A stretch of DNA of 64,000 nt from the NCBI GenBank assembly GCA_951406725.2, contig OX597817.1, positions 8,370,001 to 8,434,000 of the forward strand. Direction: 5' to 3'. This stretch comes from Octopus vulgaris (Eukaryota). How positions within the stretch are numbered: the first letter of the stretch is position 1; every line of letters starts with the position of its first letter. The notes under the pieces were generated by a model. The model worked only from the letters and a program-made list of their open reading frames with translations. It did not search any database and was not told the DNA's origin. Below, one piece after another: positions 55,911-64,000 of the stretch. The position numbers and the translations under genes were made by a program.

Positions 55911-56859
55911 TATATATATACACACACACATATATATATATGGATGTATGTATATGAATGTGTGTGCGTGTGTGTGTGTAATGCAGTCACCATTTACAGT
56001 TCATTATCTCTTAGTCATTGAGAATCATGCTTTCAATCAACACACACTAAGACGTTAAGATACTCACACATGTACACACATATGCACAGTCTCACACTTA
56101 GACATATTTTAAAAGAACGACTGGGGAAAAATACCCAGACACGCCTATTGTATATACTAGCATACTTGATTTATATTAAGTCAAGAATTTTTTGGCAATT
56201 AGTGATGGAGAGAATAATTTCCAAAATGATTAATTCTGATAATAAAAAAATACAGGAGAACAACCCTGAAATTATAATGAATTGAAGTTAATTAAATATG
56301 GAATGCAATGGAATGTGTATTACTAAATTTTACAATGGAAACGTCACCAAATAACGACACTTTACGTCAAATTGTCCATCGACTATTGCAGTCCAGCATT
56401 AGTTATGTAACCGTAACAGCTTGGGATTGAAATTACCTTGACTGTTATAAAAGCGAAACGAGCAATATATATATATATACACAAGAGTAAGGAAATTAAA
56501 ATGTGATATATTGATTGCTATGTTAGGGCTACAGTTGACAAATACATTGCGGAATTTAGTCACGTTGCGAGATCGATTTTGCCAATCAGAGTCAATAGTG
56601 CAAAGTATAAGCTTATGGTTGAGTGAAAATACTTCAAGGGAGCGGTTGCAAACTAAATATACATACAGGGAGAGGGGTCTCACTTATTTTGATCAACTGC
56701 TAATATCCATCCAAGCTAGTAGTTGTTTCTCTGTAGAGGTTTGTAAACACATGAAGCAACAATCAAGGGTGTTAACGTCATTAAGATCTGATGATCAAAA
56801 TATTTGGACAGGATATACTGTATAGATTGGTATGTATAGGATGTTTAAAGCCAATTAGT

Positions 56860-57280
56860 AGACTACCGATTCAGTCAATACATCGCATTTACTCCGGCCA
56901 TTGTCGAACACCTCCAGCCAGTCTTCGTCATCGCCTGAATCTCCGGCCCCCTTTGGTGCTTCTACGACGGCGCTTAAGGTGGTTCGGCCATGCAGCCCGG
57001 CGTCCAGAGGGTGAGCTGATTTGCGATGTCCTTCTCCCGCCTCCACTTCCCAACTGGCGCAAACGCACGGGCAACGACGATAAAGGAGGACATCTCCGAA
57101 CTCTCAGGTCCGCAGGTGGTCGGTCAGCGCAGATGGAACCGCGAATGGCTCGCTATCTCCAGTGACCTCGCACAGGACCGTCGAACGTGGTCCGCCATGG
57201 TTCGTGATGCCGTCAGGACCAGAGAAGAAGCCAGCTCAATCCGCCCTGGGTGAACGCCGTCACAAGTAAGTAAGTAAGTA
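56860..57280 (+). mobile_element. RTE LINE 3' end
   Basis: LRRRLRWFGHAARRPEGE..., DLAQDRRTWSAMV; (AAGT)n tail. Confidence 0.88.
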
Positions 57281-58450
57281 TTTACTCTGGTAACCCGCTC
57301 AATACGTGGCTTTATGTCAAATTTACAAAGTAATATTTGTAGTAGATACACATGTTTAAGGTTCTTGCAGAGTGTTGTTGGTTATTATCGTTGTTTAACG
57401 TCAGGTCAGCCTACCAGACCATAGGGAAATCAGAAAACTTCTCAAGCCTCAAGCTCTCTGCTTTACCAGTTTACCAGTGAGTAACAGTTATGTCATTATC
57501 CCAACATTTACCCAGTCGAATATCTGAAGCCCATACAACAAACAATACAAGAAAAGAATATTCAGTGCCCATCCACAAAAAAGCATGCCTCATATAATCT
57601 TTTCAAAACATCACTAAACTTGTCGAATTGTACCTTTGTATCTACCCTTCACTGATTCATCGGTCCATGTCTGTACATTTCGCGCGGATCTTTAAATAAC
57701 AACTAGCAAGCTATGCTCTACTAATTTGTATTTACGGACCTTAGGCGAAAAGCCAATGGTACTAACTCTACTCCCTTACATTAAACAATATTAATAAACA
57801 TTCTTTTTTAATGTTAAGTACTTCATAACTGCTATTCCAGTGACTCATCCGAATGTTGCTTTCTGTTTGTCTTTTCTTGGGTTTTCCAACTTACTGGTTT
57901 TTACAGTGTCCGCCACTTCGGTAAATTCTATTACAAGTGTTTATCACAACCAGTGTTTGTTCAGTGTTTTAGTCGCTACAGGATAAAGACAAAGATCTGA
58001 GAAACCGAGTACACAATTGTAGTTGTTGTTGCTGTCGTTTTTATTGTTGTGATTGTTGTTCTTGTCGTTTAACCACGTCTACTCTGGTTGAACAAACATT
58101 TGATCAAAGGAATTCTAACCCAGGTTATCCTGTAACTTTTTTTCCAGGCACTGTGCAACCAGAACATCAATGTCCTATTTCCCCAACAGTAGGGTTGTTT
58201 GAATTTAGGGATATTTGGTTGCTTTTCAGGCAGGTGTACAACATTTTATATTTTCGTAGAAGGGAGGATGGTTGTTGCTATTATTGTCATCGTCACCGTT
58301 GTTATTATTAAGCCCCACCCCAGCCAACGTCAAACTGCTCCATAATCAAAGTTGCTCCAGCATGGCAGTTTCGTTATTGCACAGTTCGCCTCAGATTCAA
58401 TTATCCAGTATGTGTTTCGGTGATTTGAGAACTATGTGACTGCTATTTCT

Positions 58451-59041
58451 TATTTCTTTATTGCCCACAAGGAGCTCAAAATAGAGGGGACAAACAAGGA
58501 CAGACAAACGGATTAAGTCGATTACTTCGACCTCAGTGCGTAACTGGTACTTAATTTATCGACCCTGAAAGGACGAAAGGCAAAGTGGACCTCGGCGGAA
58601 TTTGAACTTCGAACGTAAAGACAGACAAAATACCTATTTCTTTACTACCCACAAGTGGCTAAACACAAAGAGGACAAACAAGGACAGACAAACGGATTAA
58701 GACGATAATATCGACCCCAGTGCGTAACTGGTATTTATTTAATCGATCCCGAAAGGATGAAAGGCAAAGTCGACCTCGGCTCAGAACGTAACGGTAGACA
58801 AAATACCTATTTCTTTACTACCCACAAGGGGCTAAACGTAGAGGGGACAAACAAATACAGACAAACGGATTAAGTCGATTACATCGATCCCAGTGCGTCA
58901 CTGGTACTTAATTTATCGACCCCGAAAGGATGAAAGGTAAAGCCAACCTCGGCGGAATTTGAACTCAGGACGCAGCGGCGGACGAAATACCACAAAGCAT
59001 TTCGCCCGGTGTGCTAACGTTTCTGCCAGCTCGCCGCCTAC
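58451..59041 (-). mobile_element. SINE family A trimer with 17-bp TSD
   Basis: ATGTGACTGCTATTTCT at 58434-58450 and 59042-59058. Confidence 0.92.
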
Positions 59042-59429
59042 ATGTGACTGCTATTTCTATCAGATCGAACGAGTGAGTAATAGTTCTCTTTCACAATTAC
59101 AATTCAGAGTTGTAGCATTCAATACTTTCCTCGAACGATTAGTGTAGTGAAAGTCAAGGTATTGCAACCAATAATCCTATATCGATCAATGAAGCTATCT
59201 AGCGGGAACATAAAGGTGTGTCGTGCAACTGTTGCATGAGTTCGATACGAAGGTAAATGCGTGAAACAATCAATAAACAACGTTTTAAACGAAATGGTGT
59301 TAAATGTCGTGAAGATTACTCTATAAAGCTATAAAGAAAAATGTATATCATTCATTACATGCATATGTGTATATGTGTATTTATATGAGTGGGATGTGTA
59401 TGTAGGTGAATGTATATATATAACATATA

Positions 59430-60655
59430 CAGGGGTTGCACAAAATAATGGAAACACCTAGCATCATAGCATCATAATTTTGAAATATCTATAAAACCGC
59501 CAAAAGCTTGTTTATTTTTATGTTTTCTGATTTATTATTAGTGTTGCTTAATATGTTTTGCTAAAATTGCTGTTTCTTTTCAGATATCATCAGAAAAAGT
59601 TAATTAAAATTCTTTAAAATGACAGATCTGTCGAACTTTCAAAGAGGTCAAATTGTTGGTGTTCCTATGGCAGGCGCTAGCGTAACGAAAACAGCTGAAA
59701 TGTTTAGTGTATCAAGAAGTACTGCCTCGAAAGTAATGACAGCCTTTCAGAAAGAGGGAAAAAATCTTCTCGAAACAAAACTCCGAAAGAAAACCAAAAA
59801 TTTCAGATAAGGACCGTTGGATTCTTATGCGAATTGTTTGAAAGGATCACATAAGTACAGCTTCCAAAATTACTGCAGAGCTCAAAGACCACCTCGAGAA
59901 TCCAGTTTCCACAACAACTGTTCGCCGGGAGCTGCACAAAGCCGGATTTCACGGGAGGGCTGCAATTAGAAAATCACTACTTTCAAAAACAAACGTTGCA
60001 AAGCGTTTAGAGTGGAGTAAAAACCTACAGAATTGGTCCCTAGAGCAGTGGAAGAATGTTATATTCTCGGGCGAGTCATCCTTTACCTTATTTCCAACTA
60101 CCGGCCGAGTATACGTGTGGAGACAGGCAAAAGAAACATTTGACCCAGACTGCCTTCTTCCAACTGTTAAACATGGAGGAGGATCTGTGATGATCTGGCG
60201 GGGCTATATCTTGGAAATCCGCCGTCCCAATTATTTCCCTAATTAATAGGAAGACTATTTAAGCATTTTACCTGATTAAATTCATCCTATGGTTGCAGAA
60301 ATGTTTCCTGACGGAAACGCAATCTTTCAGGATGATAATGCACCAATTCACACAGCTAAAGTTGTTATTGAATGGCACAAGGAACATTCTAGTGAAGTTG
60401 AACATCATATCTGGTCACAATAGTCCCCAGATCTCAATATTAAGGTGTCGATATCCTCCTCCATCATCACTACAAGAACTGGAGACTGTTTTAGCTGAAG
60501 AATGGACAAAAATTCCTTTGGAAACAATTCAAACTTTGTATGAGTCCATACCTCGTAGAATTCAAGCTGTAATTACTGCCAAAGCGGTCCTACCCCAAAT
60601 TGAAATAAACTTATCTGAAATTTTAAGGTGTTTCCATTATTTTGTCCAACCCCTG
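59430..60655 (+). mobile_element. Tc1-family DNA transposon with both TIRs
   Basis: TIRs CAGGGGTTG(C/G)ACAAAATAATGGAAACACCT; TA TSD. Confidence 0.93.
59619..60600 (+). pseudogene. Tc1 transposase pseudogene
   Basis: MTDLSNFQRGQIVG..., WKNVIFSGES, TVKHGGGSVMIW, FQDDNAPIH, SPDLN; frameshifts and stops. Confidence 0.9.
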
Positions 60656-60939
60656 TACCTATATATATATATTCGGCGTCTTGGGTAAGTATCTTGTACT
60701 ATAGCTTCGGATCGACCAAAGTTTTGTGAGTGGATTTGATGGACAGAGACTGAAAGAATCTGTCGTATATATATCTAAGTGTTTGTGTCTGTGTTTTTCC
60801 TCCCACCACCGCTTGATAACCGGTGCGCGTGTGTTTAAACCCTCATAACTTAGCGTTTCGGCAAAATTATTGATGCTACTGTCAGCGGTTAAAAAATAAG
60901 GTATTAGTTATACGCCAGACCCTAACCTCTCCAATAGAA

Positions 60940-61500
60940 AACGCTACCGGAAAGCTCTGTGGTTCACACTATCCATCTCTTTAGGTTTTAAAACCCGAGA
61001 AGCTAAGATTTTCCTTAGCTTAGTAGACAAACACGTCCCTCGTACAAATAGGTTCAGTAAAATATTTAATAGACACACTCTGAGAGTTTCCTTTAACTGT
61101 GCACCCAATGTAAAAAAAAAATGTAGGCTCATCTGAAGCAGAAGCAGGATGGTCATGTAGGAGTAACACGTGTCCATTGACTGGCCACTATAATACGGAA
61201 AATGTCATTCCATTTTTGTAATCAATGGATTTATTTCACTAGAATTCTTACATGTTTACAAGGGCTAGACAGGCATCTCCAACTAGCAGGCCATGCCACT
61301 CCAGACTGATGACGAGCAAAGACTCAGAAGCTAGTCTCCGGATGCTGGTTTAGCTGGGTGGAGATGCTTGTCTCCCCCTTGTAAACACAAGGACACAGGT
61401 AATGTGTCAAGGCCGACAGGAAGCGTTGCTGCTTCCTAGGGCTAAATAGCAGTGGTGTGATTCCCTTCATGGGACTGTCACATTAAGTTGACAGTATACA
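60940..61500 (+). mobile_element. Old Penelope-like element remnant
   Basis: RKALWFTLSISLGFKTREAKIFLSLVDKHVP..NRFSKIFNRHTLRVSFNCAPNV resembles the PLE post-RT motif (WFNPP...FL.L.DKHFP...KIFNR.T.K.SYSC.PN); hammerhead downstream; ends in (TA)n. Confidence 0.7.
61301..61341 (+). ncRNA. Decayed minimal type I hammerhead motif
   Basis: CCAGA-CTGATGA-CGAG(CAAAGA)CTCA-GAAG-CTAG-TC-TCCGG; canonical CUGAUGA, but GAAA has become GAAG. Confidence 0.6.
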
Positions 61501-61766
61501 ATTACTATATATATATATATATATAGATAGATATATATATATATATGTATGTATATATATATGCATATATATATATATATACATATACACACATATATAT
61601 ACATATATACATATATATACATACACACACACACATATATATATATGCATGTGTGTATATATACACATACAGATATATGCATATATATATATATATATAT
61701 ATATATCACAACTCTGTGTATATGTGAATTTATGCTTTATTTAGAGCTTCTGTTTGCATATATATA

Positions 61767-63265
61767 TCTCTTATTATAAAAGGCAGATTTTATCTGCCTC
61801 CCTTTGGGAGTTATACAAATCTACAATATAGGATTTCTTCAATTACAATTTACCTAGCAGTTTTGAGAGTACAATGCATCGCGTCATGCCAGGTCCAGTT
61901 TTTAAAATTTAAACTCCAATTAAGCAAAATTTACAGAAAACTCACATTCTGGTGTGTGTGTCAAATGCTTTTCTTAGTCTGGTTTACAGCACACGCAAAC
62001 GCACACACACAGTGGGCAAGGAATAAAATGAAAGTAATTCACTTACTGTAGTGAGTGATTCTTTCACTCTGCCTCCCACTTCCTCTTTACACACATAGAA
62101 AAAACTTTTATTTTTTTACATAAGTAATGAGAGCGAAAGAGACTAAGAGAAAGCGATTGTATGACGAGGGAAGTTCCTTTGAAGTTACCGTGCATGGGAC
62201 TCATTGATGTACATGTGTGTGTGTGTGTGTTTGATGGAGTGTGGGAGACAGACAGTATGTTGTGTAAGTGAAGTGCTTCTGTTAGTGTGTGTGAAGAGAC
62301 AGAGAGAGTAATGTGTGAAAGAGAGAGATAACTGAAATTTTTTACTCGGTTTATGTGTATATGTATGTATGCATGTATGTGTGTGCGTGTGTGTGTATGT
62401 ATGTGTGTGTGTATGTATGTATTTATATATAAAAGAAAGGTTGTGTGTCTGTCTACTCCGATTTAGATTCCTAACTACTCCCACATTTTGCGATGCAGTT
62501 TAACCAAAACCGGGTATCTTATAGTCGTGATTCATATCGAGCCCTTCTGGGTATTAGCGCGCGTCTACGATGAGTCTATGATTTTACAAATAATTTACCA
62601 TCATTTTTTTCCATTTTAATGCATATTTTTAAAAATAAACGGAAGTAACTCTCAAACTTCACACCAATATGCGTGCTCATATGCGACGTAATATCACATC
62701 ACCAGCATTTCCTCACACCCTCCTTGCACTTGGCGAAGGCAAAATACCAGGGGATGAAAATGGTAATATTGCCATCGATTCCATTTGTACCATTGTTAAG
62801 ACGCCTTCTGATCTCAGAGATGCAGTGTTCCCAGATTTACAAGCTAATTATCAGGATATGGATTGGATTGGCAAAAAGGCTATACTGGCCCCGAGGAATA
62901 AAACTGTTCACCATATTAATGATGAAATGCTAAAACTCATTCCTGGGGAAGTCGATGTATATCAGTCTATCGATACAACTCCTGACCCAGAGGACGTCAT
63001 CAACTATCCAATAGAGGTACTCAATTGCTTTGAGCACCCCGGACTACCACCACACTTTCTCAAACTTAAAGTTAGTGCCCCTATAATGCTCATCAGAAAT
63101 TTGGTTCCCCCAAAACAATGCAATGGCACACGTTTGGCGTTAAGTCCTTATCTCCCACCGTAAGCTTATTTCAATATTTGCCTGAATAATCATCATAATT
63201 CAGTGCAATCATTAACAGTACTTTCAAGCAATTCAGCCCCGAGCAACGCCGGGCAATTCTGCTAG
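61767..63265 (+). mobile_element. Non-autonomous Helitron
   Basis: 5' A|TCTCTTATTATAAAAGG; 3' hairpin CCCG(AGCAACGC)CGGG then CTAG|T; internal PIF1 fragment. Confidence 0.82.
62660..63140 (+). pseudogene. Helitron PIF1-family helicase fragment
   Basis: NMRAH...LLALGEG...AILAPRN..V..IN...YQSID...YPIEVLN....PGLPPH.LKLKV.APIMLIRNL.PPKQCNGTRL. Confidence 0.92.
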
Positions 63266-63297
<32 letters not shown>

Positions 63298-64000
63298 TGC
63301 ATAATATATCCTTGATATGCGAATGGATGTGTTGTATAATGGGAATGTGCATATATACGAATGTGGGCGGTGTGTATATTTATGTATGCATTTTGGCAGC
63401 CACATGGAGTTAAATGAATGTACGAGTGTTTATATAGTTATAAAAGAGTTGTAATGCATGAATAATAAAAGTGTTCGCTATGATGTTGTTTTTCTTAATG
63501 TTGTTGTGTCTGTAATAAATATGTCGCATGTGTATTTCCGTGTGACTGAACATGCGTGCACGCGAAAGCATTTGTGTATGTGCATGTATGTGTATATGCG
63601 TTTGTATGCGTATATATTTTGTCTGTTTTTATATGGCGCATATGATTTTAAGCGGGAGATATTTGTTTCAAGAGCTTTCAACAGAAATGAAAATCAGTGA
63701 GTAAAAAAAAAAAAAAGAAAAACAAAAATAGGAAGAAAAATAATAGAAATAAAGTGAAAACCACAAGGGAACCCAAAATATTACCATTACACCTCACTCA
63801 CCACCCACGACCATCCATGGAAAATGACGAAGAAGTAAGGGGGAAAAAAAGCGATGAGTGGTGTGTATGAGTGTGTGTGTGTGTAGGTAGGTAGCGGAAG
63901 AGATGCGCGTGGAGGCGCTGATGATTTGATGATGAGTAATAAACAAAAATTGACATTGACCGAATAATTTCATTGTTATCTCACTGACATCGTTTCCTCG

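Overview
AT-rich, repeat-saturated animal non-coding DNA (intronic or intergenic). The SINE/LINE repertoire points to an octopus genome, which is an inference. I could not support any host protein-coding exon: nearly all listed ORFs are microsatellite read-throughs (YLSI, MYVC, poly-H/S) or SINE translations. The window holds at least 35 tRNA-derived SINE copies from several families; R4/Dong-like, RTE and Tx1-like LINE remnants; two Penelope-like element (PLE) coding remnants; a full-length decayed Tc1; a mariner nested in a hAT-like MITE; a Helitron with a PIF1 fragment; a foldback MITE; a 100-N gap; and very large (TATG)n, (TATC)n, (TA)n and trinucleotide tracts. Three signals stand out. 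(1) There are at least six minimal type I hammerhead-ribozyme motifs in microsatellite-embedded, PLE-type elements, including a U3-A8 covariant core next to a GIY-YIG ORF and a three-copy short element with an unusual CUGUAGA(A) core. (2) One SINE family inserts as TSD-bounded internal multimers whose junction is self-complementary (GAAATA-G-G-TATTTC). (3) A short R4-like LINE 3' end appears repeatedly inside (CATA)n tracts.
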